From Elusimicrobiota bacterium (GTDB lineage: Bacteria > Elusimicrobiota > Elusimicrobia > Elusimicrobiales > UBA9959): a stretch of DNA of 48,364 bases. Within the stretch, counting starts at the first letter, position 1; each line of letters starts with the position of its first letter. The stretch is from contig DAIENX010000087.1 of NCBI GenBank assembly GCA_027340875.1, positions 1-48,364 of the forward strand. Direction: 5' to 3'. The translations under genes and the position numbers were made by a program. Under the pieces are notes generated by a model. It saw nothing but the letters and a program-made list of their open reading frames with translations. It did no database searches and was not told the DNA's origin. Shown here in pieces: positions 29,102 through 39,495 of the stretch.

Positions 29102-32100
29102 CACATATTGCGGCGGTAGCGCCCGCCTATCTCGTAAAGGGCTCCGGTTATCTCGCCCAGAGAAGCGTACCTCACGGTCTCCATCAGCTCGGCGAAGATG
29201 TTGCCGCCTGTCTGGGCCGCGCGCTGCAGCTTCTTCAGCGCGGCGGGGGCCTTGGCCTTGTTGCGGCGCCTGAAAGCCTCGAGGTTCTTTATCTGGCCTT
29301 CCTTCTCGGCCTTCGACGCGCGGGTGATGACCTCGGGCGCCTTGTACTCCCCTGCATGGGGGTTAAGGAACGTGTTCACGCCGATGATCGGCAGCGTGCC
29401 GTCGTGCTTGCCTTCCTCGTAGAGCATCGACTCGTCCTGGATCTTGCCGCGCTGGTACTGAGTCTCCATCGCCCCCAGCACGCCGCCGCGGGCGTCCAGG
29501 TTCTCGAGCTCGGAGAGCACCGCCTCTTCCACCAGGTCGGTCAGCTCCTCCATGATGAAGGAACCCTGCAGCGTGTTCTCGTTCTTGGCGAGGCCCAGCT
29601 CCTTGGTGATGATCAGCTGTATCGCCACCGCGCGGCGCACCGACTCCTCGGTGGGCGTGGTGACGGCCTCGTCGTAGGCGTTCGTGTGCAGCGAGTTGCA
29701 GTTGTCGTAGATGGCCATCAGCGCCTGCAGCGTGGAGCGGATGTCGTTGAAGTCCATCTCCTGCGCGTGCAGCGAGCGGCCCGAGGTCTGGATGTGGTAC
29801 TTCAGCTTCTGGCTGCGCTCGGAGGCGCCGTAGCGCTCGCGCATCACCACGGACCAGATGCGGCGCGCGACGCGGCCTATCACCGAGTACTCGGCGTCCA
29901 GGCCGTTGCTGAAGAAGAAGGACAGGTTGTGCGCGAAGTCGTCTATCCGCATGCCGCGGGCCAGGTAGTACTCCACGTACGTGAAGCCGTTGGCCAGCGT
30001 GAAGGCCAGCTGGCTGATCGGGTTGGCGCCGGCCTCGGCTATGTGGTAGCCGCTGATGCTGACGGAATAATAGTTGCGTATCCTGTGCTCGATGAAGTAC
30101 TGCTGCATGTCGCCCATCATCTTCAGCGCGAAGGCGGTGGAGAAGATGCAGGTGTTCTGGCCCTGGTCCTCCTTGAGGATGTCGGCCTGCACGGTGCCGC
30201 GCACGGTCTGCAGCGTGCACTCCTTCAGCGCCTCGTATTCCTTCGCGCCGGGGAGGCGCTTCTTCTCTTTTTTGAACTTCTCGACCTCGCCCTCTATGGC
30301 AGCGTTGAAGAACATGGCCAGCATGACCGGCGCCGGGCCGTTGATGGTCATCGAGACGCTGGTGTTCGGGGCGCAGAGGTCGAAGCCGGCGTAGAGTTTC
30401 TTGATGTCGTCGAGCGTGCAGATGCTGACGCCGCTCTCGCCCACCTTGCCGAAGATGTCCGGCGAGCGGCCCGGGTCGGAGCCGTAGAGCGTGACGCTGT
30501 CGAAGGCGGTGCTGAGGCGCTTGGCCTGCTCTCCGTCGCAGAGCAGGTGGAAGCGCTTGTTGGTGCGCACGGGAGAGCCCTCGCCGGCGAACTGCCGTTT
30601 CGGGTCCTCTTCCACGCGCTTGAACGGGAACACGCCGGCGGTGTAAGGGAAATGCCCCGGGAAGTTCTCCTGACGGCACCAGCGCACTATCTCGCCCCAG
30701 TCCTCGAAGTCCGGCACGCTGACCTTGGGGACCTTGGTGCCGGAGAGCGTAGAGGTATAAAGTTTCGTGCGTATCTCGCGGTCGCGGACCTTCGTGACCA
30801 GCTCGTCGCCGCTGTAGAGCTCGCGCAGGCGGCGGAAATCCTTCAGCAGGGCCTCGGTCTCGGGTTTCAGGCGGGCCTTCAGGTCCTCCTTCAGCGAATC
30901 AACGGCGGCCAGCGCCTCTTTCGCCGCGCCGGCCTTCTTCAGCAGCTCCGCGGTCCCCTCGGCCTTGTAGAGGTCGCGCGCGGCGGAAGCCTGGTCCATG
31001 GTGCCCTTGCGGTAAGCGCGGGCGGTCCTGGCTATCTCGCCCAGGTAATGCACCTGCGACTGCGGCAGCACCTCCCCGGCCGAGCTGTCCGACGGGGCGT
31101 TGTCCTTCCTTATCTTCCAGCCGAGCTTCTTCTTCTTGTCGAGCGCTTCTATCAGCGCCTCGTACAGGTCGTTGGTGCCGGGATCGTTGAAGAGGCTCGC
31201 CACGGTGCCGAACACCGGCACCTTCCTGCCGGAGTCTCGGGTGAGGCCGTGGTTGACGGCGTACTGGCGGCAGACGCCGCGGTAGGCGTCCTGCGCGTTG
31301 CCGCGGTCGAACTTGTTGAGCGCGACGATGTCGGCGAAGTCCAGCATGTTTATCTTCTCGAGCTGGCTCAGCGCGCCGAACTCCGCGGTCATCACGTAGA
31401 GCGAGACGTCGCCCAGCTCCACTATGCCGGCGCTGCCCTGGCCTATGCCGCTGGTCTCCACTATCACCAGGTCGAAGCCCGCGGCCTTCGCGGCGAGTAC
31501 GGCGTCCCCGATGCTGGGAGAGAGCTCGGTGCCGGAGTCGCGCGACGAGAACGAGCGCATGTAGACGCGCGGCGAGTTGATGTAGTTCATCCGTATGCGG
31601 TCGCCCAGCAGCGCGCCGCCGCTGCGGCGGCGGGAGGGGTCCACCGCGAGGATGGCCACGGTCTTGTCGGAGAAGTCGCGCAGGAAGCGGCAGATCAGGT
31701 CGTCTATCAGCGAGCTCTTGCCGGCGCCGCCTGTGCCGGTGATACCTATGACCGGCGGGTCGTTCGGGCTCTTCTTCAGGCCGGCGCGCAGTTCGGCGAG
31801 GCCGTCGACTTTTTCGCCTGCCGCGGAGCGTTCGAAAGCGGTGATGACGGCGTTGAGGGCGGCGGTGTCGCCCGGAGCGAGACGGGCGGCGGCCTTCTTC
31901 AAGTCCGTCTTCAGCTCGAAGTCGCAGGACTTCATCATTATGTCTATCATGCCCTGCAGGCCCAGCTTGCGGCCGTCCTCGGGCGAGAAGATGCGGCTGA
32001 CGCCGTACTTGTGCAGCTCGGAGATCTCCTTCGGGATGATGACGCCGCCGCCGCCGCCGAACACCTTGATGTGGCCTGCCTTGCGCTTCTTCAGCAGGTC

Positions 32101-32355
32101 CACGAGGTACCTGAAGAACTCTATGTGGCCGCCCTGGTAGCAGCTCACCGCTATGCCCTGCACGTCCTCCTGCACGGCCGCGTTGACGATCTCCTCCACC
32201 GAGCGGTTGTGGCCCAGGTGGATCACCTCGGCGCCGGAGGCGAGCAAAATGCGGCGGATGATGTTGATGGCGGCGTCGTGGCCGTCGTAGAGGCTGGTGG
32301 CGGTGACGAAGCGGACCTTGTTGGCTGGCTGGTAGGGCTTTAGCTCCTGCTGCAT
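29101..32355 (-). CDS. icmF: Fused isobutyryl-CoA mutase / MeaI GTPase chaperone
   Basis: N-terminal B12-binding DGHDAAIN, P-loop GTGGAGKSS, C-terminal mutase with RQFAGEG (Phe specificity residue), HIQTSGRSLH. Confidence 0.95.
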   Translation of the reverse strand: MQQELKPYQPANKVRFVTATSLYDGHDAAINIIRRILLASGAEVIHLGHNRSVEEIVNAAVQEDVQGIAVSCYQGGHIEFFRYLVDLLKKRKAGHIKVFGGGGGVIIPKEISELHKYGVSRIFSPEDGRKLGLQGMIDIMMKSCDFELKTDLKKAAARLAPGDTAALNAVITAFERSAAGEKVDGLAELRAGLKKSPNDPPVIGITGTGGAGKSSLIDDLICRFLRDFSDKTVAILAVDPSRRRSGGALLGDRIRMNYINSPRVYMRSFSSRDSGTELSPSIGDAVLAAKAAGFDLVIVETSGIGQGSAGIVELGDVSLYVMTAEFGALSQLEKINMLDFADIVALNKFDRGNAQDAYRGVCRQYAVNHGLTRDSGRKVPVFGTVASLFNDPGTNDLYEALIEALDKKKKLGWKIRKDNAPSDSSAGEVLPQSQVHYLGEIARTARAYRKGTMDQASAARDLYKAEGTAELLKKAGAAKEALAAVDSLKEDLKARLKPETEALLKDFRRLRELYSGDELVTKVRDREIRTKLYTSTLSGTKVPKVSVPDFEDWGEIVRWCRQENFPGHFPYTAGVFPFKRVEEDPKRQFAGEGSPVRTNKRFHLLCDGEQAKRLSTAFDSVTLYGSDPGRSPDIFGKVGESGVSICTLDDIKKLYAGFDLCAPNTSVSMTINGPAPVMLAMFFNAAIEGEVEKFKKEKKRLPGAKEYEALKECTLQTVRGTVQADILKEDQGQNTCIFSTAFALKMMGDMQQYFIEHRIRNYYSVSISGYHIAEAGANPISQLAFTLANGFTYVEYYLARGMRIDDFAHNLSFFFSNGLDAEYSVIGRVARRIWSVVMRERYGASERSQKLKYHIQTSGRSLHAQEMDFNDIRSTLQALMAIYDNCNSLHTNAYDEAVTTPTEESVRRAVAIQLIITKELGLAKNENTLQGSFIMEELTDLVEEAVLSELENLDARGGVLGAMETQYQRGKIQDESMLYEEGKHDGTLPIIGVNTFLNPHAGEYKAPEVITRASKAEKEGQIKNLEAFRRRNKAKAPAALKKLQRAAQTGGNIFAELMETVRYASLGEITGALYEIGGRYRRNM

Positions 32356-32362
32356 ATGGCTC

Positions 32363-32911
32363 CTAGTCCTTCAGGATGAATTCCCAGCCGCACCAGGAAT
32401 CCTCCGGGTGCGCGTCGGGCGGGCAGGCGAGGCAGCGCGTCTCTATGCGGGGGTCCACCGCGCGCGCGAACTCCGCGTATTCCACGATGCCGACGGACTT
32501 GCACGGAAAATCCGGCAGGCCCTTTCGCTTGCGGGCGGACTGCACGCGGCAGTCCAGCATGCGGAAGACGGCCTTCTTCTCCCCGGCCATCTCGAACTTC
32601 TGGTCGTTGAGCCTCGCGTAGAAACGCTGCTTCAGGCAGCGCCCCAGCGCCTCCAGGCCGCCGCCGGGCTTTATGCCCAGGCGCTCCATGATGCGGCGCG
32701 CCTCTATGACGGTGAACTTCCCCCAGGCCTCGGTGTCGGCCTTGATAGCGGCGTCCATGCCGTGCTCTTTCTCCACGGCCTGGAACCAGAGCCCGTCGTG
32801 GGCGAGCCAGTTCTTGGCGTCGTCCACGATGATGCTTATGAGTTCTTCTTTGCTGAGCGATTCCAACGTCCCTATGCAGTCGTCGCCCCGCCTGGCAGTA
32901 CCTGAAGGCAT
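32363..32911 (-). CDS. DUF6125-like conserved protein
   Basis: KNWLAHDGLWFQAVE, CRVQSARKRKGL, PC, C..CPPD..C.WEF pattern; GGAGG RBS. Confidence 0.75.
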   Translation of the reverse strand: MPSGTARRGDDCIGTLESLSKEELISIIVDDAKNWLAHDGLWFQAVEKEHGMDAAIKADTEAWGKFTVIEARRIMERLGIKPGGGLEALGRCLKQRFYARLNDQKFEMAGEKKAVFRMLDCRVQSARKRKGLPDFPCKSVGIVEYAEFARAVDPRIETRCLACPPDAHPEDSWCGWEFILKD

Positions 32912-32973
32912 CCCACCTCCGCTCCCCTTTAGAGTTTGTGACTTCGGCCGGGCGATAGATTCAATAAAATGAA

Positions 32974-32991
32974 GTCAATGATATCATTGAC
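32974..32991. promoter_or_regulatory. Perfect 18-bp palindromic operator candidate
   Basis: GTCAATGAT/ATCATTGAC in AT-rich region upstream of the DUF6125-icmF-beta-oxidation gene run. Confidence 0.65.
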
Positions 32992-33082
32992 GGATGGCAA
33001 TAAAAACGCGCTGCCGGCGCTAAAAATTATACACAAAAAGCGCCGGCCCTGACCATGCGGCCGCGGTCAGCTCGCCGCTTAA

Positions 33083-34108
33083 TTACAAAGTAAGGGGCGA
33101 ACCGCGGCCGGTCGGGGTTTTGGGCACCCTGCCGGAGTGTACCGTTTCCGACCGGAGGCGGCGGCCGACGATGCGCTCTACAGTCCGGCCGGTCTCCAAT
33201 ACGCGGTCCAGACTCAGGCCCGTGTCTATGCCCATCTCGTCCATCATTACCGCCATGTCCTCGGTAGAGACCAGCCCGACTATCCCGGGGTCCGCGTAGT
33301 AATGCTTGCCTGTCCCGGCCACCGGGACGCCGTCCACGAAGTCGGCGGGCTGGCCGCCTATGCCGCCCAGAGTGCCCTCGAAATGGGTGATGCCAGCCTG
33401 CAGCGCGGCCAGGACGTTGGCCAGGCCCCAGCCCCGGGTCACATGGAAATGGGCCACGTGCCGCGCAGGGTCCGGCATATCCTTAAGCACCATGGAAAAG
33501 TAGTCGAAGACCTTGTCCGGGGAGGCGGAACCGTCGTGGTCGGCGTGTTCGATGTCGTCGGCCCCGATGTCCAGGAAGCGCCTGGTGAACTCCACGGCGT
33601 GCCTGAGCTCCGTCGGTCCCGCGATGGGGCAGCCCCAGATGGTGGAAACTGTGCCGCAGACCTTTATCCCGTTCTGGTGCGCCTTCTTGATGTAGGTCTC
33701 GCACATCTTCCAGTACTCGTCCAGGGACAGTCCTGAATTCTTCTTGTGATGGGCTTCGCTGGTGGAGACCATGAACAGGATGCGGTCGGGACCCCAGCCC
33801 TTCTGGCGGGCGTCGAAGGCCCTCTCGGCCGCCTTTTCCCGGATGGTCACGGCCGTGAGCTCGACGTCCTTCAGCTTGTCCTTTATCAATTTGCTGCCGT
33901 GTATGGCCTGCAGCAACTGGTCGGCGTCGGCGAACTGCGGCATACCCGTCGGGTTGCCGAGGTTGGTCACTTCTATGCGCCTGAAGCCGGCCAGGACCAG
34001 CTGCTCCACGCACCAGAGCTTGGCCCGCGTCGGGATGGTCCTCTCCTCGTGCTGGAAGCCGTCGCGCACGGTAATGTCGCCCAATACGACTTTTTTCGGA
34101 TATTTCAT
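33083..34108 (-). CDS. HMG-CoA lyase-like (DRE-TIM metallolyase) protein, divergent
   Basis: VRDGFQHE, HFH, GGIGGQP (Cys of GGCP replaced), STED. Confidence 0.85.
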   Translation of the reverse strand: MKYPKKVVLGDITVRDGFQHEERTIPTRAKLWCVEQLVLAGFRRIEVTNLGNPTGMPQFADADQLLQAIHGSKLIKDKLKDVELTAVTIREKAAERAFDARQKGWGPDRILFMVSTSEAHHKKNSGLSLDEYWKMCETYIKKAHQNGIKVCGTVSTIWGCPIAGPTELRHAVEFTRRFLDIGADDIEHADHDGSASPDKVFDYFSMVLKDMPDPARHVAHFHVTRGWGLANVLAALQAGITHFEGTLGGIGGQPADFVDGVPVAGTGKHYYADPGIVGLVSTEDMAVMMDEMGIDTGLSLDRVLETGRTVERIVGRRLRSETVHSGRVPKTPTGRGSPLTL

Positions 34109-34247
34109 AGGAAGTCCTCCCCGAACCGGCTTTTTACAATTATAGATAAATCGGGCGGCCCCGGGCAGTTCCTTGTTCCCGCCTGGCCCGTTAATTTATT
34201 AGAATCCGGTTGGACCGCGGCCGTTCCGGCCGCTTTCCGGAGGAAGC

Positions 34248-35168
34248 ATGACCGCGGTTAAAAAGATCCATCTGCAGGAAGTCGGGCTGAGGGACGGCAT
34301 ACAGCACGAGGAAAAACTCGTGCCCGCGGGGACAAAGATCCGGTGGGCGGAGCGCATGCTGGCCGCGGGGCTGGACCTGGTGCAGCTGGGCTCCTTTGTC
34401 CGCGCCGACAAGGTGCCGCAGATGGCCGACACCGGGGAGCTTTTTAAGCATTTTCTGGGCAGGGACCCTAAGCTGGCTTCCAGGCTAAGCGCGCTGGCGC
34501 TCAACGAAAAGGGCCTGGAGCGCGGCATGAAATGCGGCGTGCAGGTGTTCTGCGTGGGCTCTTCCGCGAGCGAGACGCACAGCCGAGAGAACACCGGCAT
34601 GGGAACCGAAGAAGCGGCGCTGCGCGTGGCCGCGATGGCCCGCGAGGCGCTTAACGCCGGAAAAACGGTTCACGCCTCGGTCCATTCCTCCTTCGGCTGC
34701 GGCTACGAGGGTCCGGTGCCGGCGGAGAAGGTGCTTTCGGTGGTAAAGACCTATCTGGAAGCGGGCGTCGGCAGTATAGGCCTTTCGGACACGGCGGGGC
34801 ACGCCAATCCGCCGCAGGTGAAGGAATTGTTCTCCGCCGTGGCCCGGCTGGCCCCGGGGCTGCCGCTGTCCTGCCACTTCCACAACGCCTACGGCACGGG
34901 CATGGCCAACTGTTTCGCCGCGCTGGAGACCGGTGTGACCTGGTTCGACACTTCGGCGGGCGGGCTGGGGGGCTGCCCGTTCATCAAGCTGCCGTCGGGC
35001 AACGTCTGCACCGAAGACTTCGTCCACACCCTGCAGAGGATGGGGCTGCGGAAGGACGTGGACCTGGAGGAGCTGATCTCGGTGGCCCGCGCCGCCTCGG
35101 CGTTCTTCGGGCGCGAGCTGCCGGGCGCGGTGATGAAGACCGGGCCGATCCCCGGCTTCGGGAAATAA
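34248..35168 (+). CDS. Hydroxymethylglutaryl-CoA lyase
   Basis: EVGLRDGIQHE, VPQMAD, HFHN, GGLGGCPF, GNVCTED. Confidence 0.9.
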   Translation: MTAVKKIHLQEVGLRDGIQHEEKLVPAGTKIRWAERMLAAGLDLVQLGSFVRADKVPQMADTGELFKHFLGRDPKLASRLSALALNEKGLERGMKCGVQVFCVGSSASETHSRENTGMGTEEAALRVAAMAREALNAGKTVHASVHSSFGCGYEGPVPAEKVLSVVKTYLEAGVGSIGLSDTAGHANPPQVKELFSAVARLAPGLPLSCHFHNAYGTGMANCFAALETGVTWFDTSAGGLGGCPFIKLPSGNVCTEDFVHTLQRMGLRKDVDLEELISVARAASAFFGRELPGAVMKTGPIPGFGK

Positions 35169-35183
35169 TTTTCAGGAATTACA

Positions 35184-35355
35184 GGGTGCCACGAGGACCG
35201 GAACGCAAAACGCGCGGGGACCTGTCGCTTCGCTCCATCCGTCCACACCGTGGCCTCGCTCATCATTCAGGCAAGAAAGTGTCGCTTCGCTCCACGCGGC
35301 GCTGTGCAAGCCTCGCCCTCACGAAGGTTTTGCTAACCCGGTCCTCGCGTCACCC
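35184..35355. repeat. Palindromic MITE/REP-like element
   Basis: TIR GGGTGCCACGAGGACCGG / CCGGTCCTCGCGTCACCC (16/18); two GTCGCTTCGCTCCA modules. Confidence 0.7.
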
Positions 35356-35398
35356 CAGAGGATATCCAAATAATGCCCCAAAAGAGCCGGCCTGCATT

Positions 35399-35648
35399 AG
35401 CTGGTGGCGGAGGATTTGGAGCTGAGGGCCGTCGCGCAGGGAGGAGCTTGCGAAGGCCGTCTGACGCGCATAGCGCCTGATACGGCACGGCCATAGGCCA
35501 GCGCGACGACCGGATGGAGCGAAGCGACAGGTCTGCGTGCCGAGCGGCGAGCACGGTGGCCGCCTGCTGAGCATAGCTCCTGATGCGGCACGGGCATAGC
35601 CCAGTGCGAGACCGCGTGCCCGAAGATTCAAATCATCCGACACCCGCT
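35399..35648. repeat. Palindromic MITE/REP-like element
   Basis: 22-bp imperfect TIR (18/22); internal duplicated GCATAGC..CCTGAT..GGCACGG module; shares about 110 bp with 15867-15975. Confidence 0.72.
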
Positions 35649-35667
35649 CAGAGCGGAGTAGAATTGA

Positions 35668-36819
35668 TCAAATCCCCAGGTGGCGGGAGATGACGAGGCG
35701 CTGTATCTCCGAAGTTCCTTCGCCTATCTGCAGCAGCCGCTGGTCGCGGTAGAACCGCTCCACGTCGTAGCCTTTCAGCAGGCCGTAACCGCCGTGTATC
35801 TGCACGGCCTCATCGGCCACTTCCTTCGCCACTTCGGAGCAGTAAAGCTTCGCCATCGCCGCTTCCCTGGCGAAAGGCTTCTTGTTGTCGCGCAGCCAGC
35901 AGGCGTTGTAGAGCAGGTTGCGGGCGGCCTCTATCTTCACCGCCATGTCCGCGAGCTTGAACGCTATCACCTGGAAATTGCCGATGGGCTTGCCGAACTG
36001 CTTGCGCTCCTTGGAATAGGCCAGCGCCGCCTCGAACGCGCCCTGCGCGCAGCCCAGCCCCATCGCGCCGATGGCGAGGCGCCCGCTGTCAAGCGCCGTA
36101 AGCATCACCTTGGCCCCGTCGCCGCGGTGGCCCAGCAGGTTCTCCGCCGGCACGCGGCAGTTGTCGAAGAAGAGCTCCGACGTGTTGGAGCCGCGCCACA
36201 TCAGCTTGCCTTTCATCGTCCTGGCGGTGAAGCCCGGGGTCCCGGCTTCCACGAGTATGGTCGAGAATTCCTTCTTGCCGTCGCCGCGCACGCCGCTGAC
36301 CGCCTTCACCGTAACGCCAGCGGTTATCTCCGCGGAACCGTTGGTTATGAAGGTCTTGGAGCCGTTGATGACCCAGAAGCCGTCCTTCAGCTCCGCGGTG
36401 GTGCGGGTGGCCTGCGAATCCGAGCCGGCGTCCGGCTCGGTGAGCCCGAAGGCCCAGAGCGCCTTGCCGGTGCAGAGCTTCGGCAGGTACTTTTCCTTCT
36501 GCGCCTTGCTGCCGAAATAGAATATCGGGCCGGTGCCGAGCGAGTTGTGCGCCGCCACCGTGGCGGCCTGCGAGCCGTCCACGCGGGCCAGCTCCTCCAC
36601 GGCGATTATGTAGGAAAGGTAGTCCAGGCCGTGGCCGCCGAATTCCTCGGCCACCGTAGTGCCGAAAAGGCCGAGTTCGCCCATCTTGGCGGTCAGCTCC
36701 GCCGAGAACTCCTCGTTCTCGTCGAGCTTGCCGGCGACCGGTCTTATCTCCTTCTCCGCGAAGGCCCGGATGCTCTCCCTGATTATATTGTGCTCTTCCT
36801 TAAGGTTCATCTGGTTCAT
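35668..36819 (-). CDS. Acyl-CoA dehydrogenase (probable isovaleryl-CoA dehydrogenase by context)
   Basis: FGLTEPDAGSD, NGSKTFITN, GGYG, IGEGTSEIQR; downstream of liuB/liuC-like genes. Confidence 0.9.
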   Translation of the reverse strand: MNQMNLKEEHNIIRESIRAFAEKEIRPVAGKLDENEEFSAELTAKMGELGLFGTTVAEEFGGHGLDYLSYIIAVEELARVDGSQAATVAAHNSLGTGPIFYFGSKAQKEKYLPKLCTGKALWAFGLTEPDAGSDSQATRTTAELKDGFWVINGSKTFITNGSAEITAGVTVKAVSGVRGDGKKEFSTILVEAGTPGFTARTMKGKLMWRGSNTSELFFDNCRVPAENLLGHRGDGAKVMLTALDSGRLAIGAMGLGCAQGAFEAALAYSKERKQFGKPIGNFQVIAFKLADMAVKIEAARNLLYNACWLRDNKKPFAREAAMAKLYCSEVAKEVADEAVQIHGGYGLLKGYDVERFYRDQRLLQIGEGTSEIQRLVISRHLGI

Positions 36820-36843
36820 CCCGTCCCCTTTTCCGCCCCCCGG

Positions 36844-37635
36844 CTATTCCGCCCACTTCGGCTTTCTTTTCTCCAGGAAAGCGGCCATCCCCTCCTGCGC
36901 CTCCGGCGTGACCCGTATATCGGCTATCGCGTTGGCCGTGTACTCGACGGCCTCCTCAAAATCCAGCCTGTTGGTTACGTCGTAGATCAGTTTCTTGCAT
37001 TGCCCTATGGCCACCGGGCCGCTGCTCTTCAGCGCGGCCGTCAGGCCGTCCAGGTGCGCGTCGAGCGCAGCCAGGTCCGGGAAGGAGGCGTTGACGAGCC
37101 CGCAGGCCTGCGCCTCGCGGCCGCTTATCCGGCGTCCGGTCAGCATCAGGTCCCGCGCGCGGCATTCTCCGACGCGCTTTATCACGTAGGGAGAGATGCA
37201 GGCCGGTACCACTCCTATTTTCACCTCGCTCAGGGAGAAGACGGCGTCGTCCGTACAGTAGGCGAAATCGCACGCGGCCGCCAGGCCGTTGGCCCCGCCT
37301 ATCGAGGCGCCGTGCACGGCGCAGACCGTCGGCTTGGGGGAGGTGTAGATGGCCTTGAAGCACCTGGCCAGTCTTATGCTCTCGTCGTAGTTCTGCTCGC
37401 GCGTGTATCTGGCCGCGGCCCCGAGCCAGTTCAGGTCCGCCCCGGCGCAGAAGGCTTTGCCGCGGCCGCGCAGCACTATCACGCGCACCTCCTGGTGGAC
37501 CGAAAGGTCCAGGAAGGCCGCCGTGATGTCGGCCACCATGCGTTCGTTGAAGGCGTTGCGCAGCTCGGGCCTGGCCAGCCAGACGGTGGCCGCCTGGCCG
37601 GAGATCTCGGTCTCTATGGTCTCGTATTTTTTCAT
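36844..37635 (-). CDS. Methylglutaconyl-CoA hydratase-like crotonase (LiuC-like)
   Basis: Start MKKYET at 37635; RPELRNAFN, FCAGADLNW, GGANGL, SEVKIGVVPACISPYV. Confidence 0.88.
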   Translation of the reverse strand: MKKYETIETEISGQAATVWLARPELRNAFNERMVADITAAFLDLSVHQEVRVIVLRGRGKAFCAGADLNWLGAAARYTREQNYDESIRLARCFKAIYTSPKPTVCAVHGASIGGANGLAAACDFAYCTDDAVFSLSEVKIGVVPACISPYVIKRVGECRARDLMLTGRRISGREAQACGLVNASFPDLAALDAHLDGLTAALKSSGPVAIGQCKKLIYDVTNRLDFEEAVEYTANAIADIRVTPEAQEGMAAFLEKRKPKWAE

Positions 37636-37643
37636 CCGTCCCC

Positions 37644-39293
37644 CTACATGCGATAGACCGGGGTGCGCCCGGCCCCTATCATAGGCTGCGGGGAAAGCGC
37701 GGCCATCTCCAGAGCCCAGCCCACCACCTTCCGCGTGTCCGCTGGCTCTATGATGCCGTCGTCCCAGAGGCGGCTGGTGGCGTAATAAGGGTGGCTCTCG
37801 CGCTCGTACTGCTCCAGTATCGGCTTCTTTATCTCCGCCTCTTCCTCGGCCGTGAGCGGGCGGCCAAGCTTGGCCTGCTTGATCGTTACCATCACGCCGG
37901 CCGCCTGCGCGGCCCCCATCACGGAGACCCGCGAATTGGGCCAGGCGAACAGGAAACGCGCGCCGTAGGCCCGGCCGCACATCGCGTAGTTGCCGGCGCC
38001 GTTGGAGGCGCCCACTATCACGGTTATCTTCGGCACCGGCACCGTGGAGACGGCCTGCACCAGCTTCGCACCGTGCTTGATGATGCCGCCCTGCTCGAAC
38101 TTCTTGCCCACCATGAAACCGGTGATGTTCTGCAGGAAGACCAGCGGGATGCCGCGCTGGCCGCAGAGTTCTATGAAATGCGCGCCCTTCTGGGCCGACT
38201 CGGAGAAGAGTATGCCCTGGTTGCCGATGATGCCTACGGGCCTGCCCGTCCAGGAGGCGAAGCCGCAGACCAGGGTTTTCCCGTAGCCGGCCTTGAACTC
38301 GTGGAAACGGCTTCCGTCCACCAGCCTCGCTATCACCTGCTTGATGTCGGCGGGCCTGCGCAGGTCCCGGTTGACTATGCCGTACAGCTCTTCGGCCGGG
38401 TAGAGCGGCTCGTCGAAGCCCGCCGAAGTCTCCGACTTCGGCGTGTTGAGGTTCTCGACTATGCTGCGCACTATATGTATGGCGTGCTCGTCCGATTTCG
38501 CCAGGTGGTCCATGACGCCCGAGATATGCGAATGCATCTCCCCGCCGCCCAGCTCCTCCTCCGTGGAGTCCTCACCAGTGGCCGCCTTCACCAGCGGCGG
38601 GCCGCCGAGGTACACCGTGCCGGTACCGCGTACTATCACGTTCTCGTCCGACATCGCCGGCAGGTAGGCGCCGCCGGCCGTGCACATGCCCATCACCGCC
38701 GAGACCTGCGGTATGTCCAGGGAGGACATCACGGCCTGGTTGTAGAAGATGCGGCCGAAATCCCCCTTGTCGGCGAAGACCTCGGCCTGCTTGGGCAGGA
38801 AGATGCCGCCGGAGTCGGCCAGATAGATCGTGGGCAGGCGGTTCTCGAGGGCTATCTCCTGCGCGCGCAGATGCTTCTTGATGGTCTCCGGGTAGTAAGT
38901 GCCGCCCTTCACGGTGGCGTCGTTGGCCACTATGACGCACCAGCGCCCGCCGATGCGCGCGGCGCCGGTCACTATGCCGGCGCCAGGCACCTCGTCGCCG
39001 TACATGCCGGCCGCGGCCATCGGGGAGAATTCCAGCCAGGGCTCGCCCGGGCCCAGCAGCCTGCTTATCCTCTCGCGCACCGTCAGCTTCTTGCGTTTGC
39101 GGTGCAGCTCCACCGCCTTCTCGCTGCCGCCTTTGTAGACGGTGCCCAGCCTGCCGCGCAGGTCGTCTATCAGCTCCCCGTGGTACCTGCTGTTCGCGGC
39201 GGCTTCCGGCGAGGAAGCACTGTAGGTGCTGGGTATTTCGGGGGTGTCCGGCGTCGGCCGGCCCCTGTCCTGCTTGTTTTCACGCTGGGCCAT
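37644..39293 (-). CDS. Methylcrotonyl-CoA carboxylase beta (carboxyltransferase) subunit (LiuB-like)
   Basis: [61 protein letters not shown]. Confidence 0.92.
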   Translation of the reverse strand: MAQRENKQDRGRPTPDTPEIPSTYSASSPEAAANSRYHGELIDDLRGRLGTVYKGGSEKAVELHRKRKKLTVRERISRLLGPGEPWLEFSPMAAAGMYGDEVPGAGIVTGAARIGGRWCVIVANDATVKGGTYYPETIKKHLRAQEIALENRLPTIYLADSGGIFLPKQAEVFADKGDFGRIFYNQAVMSSLDIPQVSAVMGMCTAGGAYLPAMSDENVIVRGTGTVYLGGPPLVKAATGEDSTEEELGGGEMHSHISGVMDHLAKSDEHAIHIVRSIVENLNTPKSETSAGFDEPLYPAEELYGIVNRDLRRPADIKQVIARLVDGSRFHEFKAGYGKTLVCGFASWTGRPVGIIGNQGILFSESAQKGAHFIELCGQRGIPLVFLQNITGFMVGKKFEQGGIIKHGAKLVQAVSTVPVPKITVIVGASNGAGNYAMCGRAYGARFLFAWPNSRVSVMGAAQAAGVMVTIKQAKLGRPLTAEEEAEIKKPILEQYERESHPYYATSRLWDDGIIEPADTRKVVGWALEMAALSPQPMIGAGRTPVYRM

Positions 39294-39495
39294 AGTTCTT
39301 CCCGTTGGGCCGGCGGCGGCGCCGGCATAATATGATGGGGCGGGTAAAGGCACAGCCTTCCCCCCCCGCCCCTTGGCGATATATCCTACAAAAACTGCGC
39401 ATGAATTAAAACCGGCCGCGGGCTGACGGAAAGCGGCGGGGATAATAATGTAGAATTTAAACTTTCAAAAATCCGGTCCATACAGGGGAGCTGCC

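Noticed and set aside
29356..32343. Long antisense ORFs (e.g. 995 aa opposite icmF, 661 aa opposite icd, 555 aa at 140-1807)
   Set aside because: Typical shadow ORFs of high-GC coding sequence; no recognisable motifs
32912..33082. Cobalamin riboswitch upstream of icmF operon
   Set aside because: Region is short and AT-rich with no recognisable B12-box
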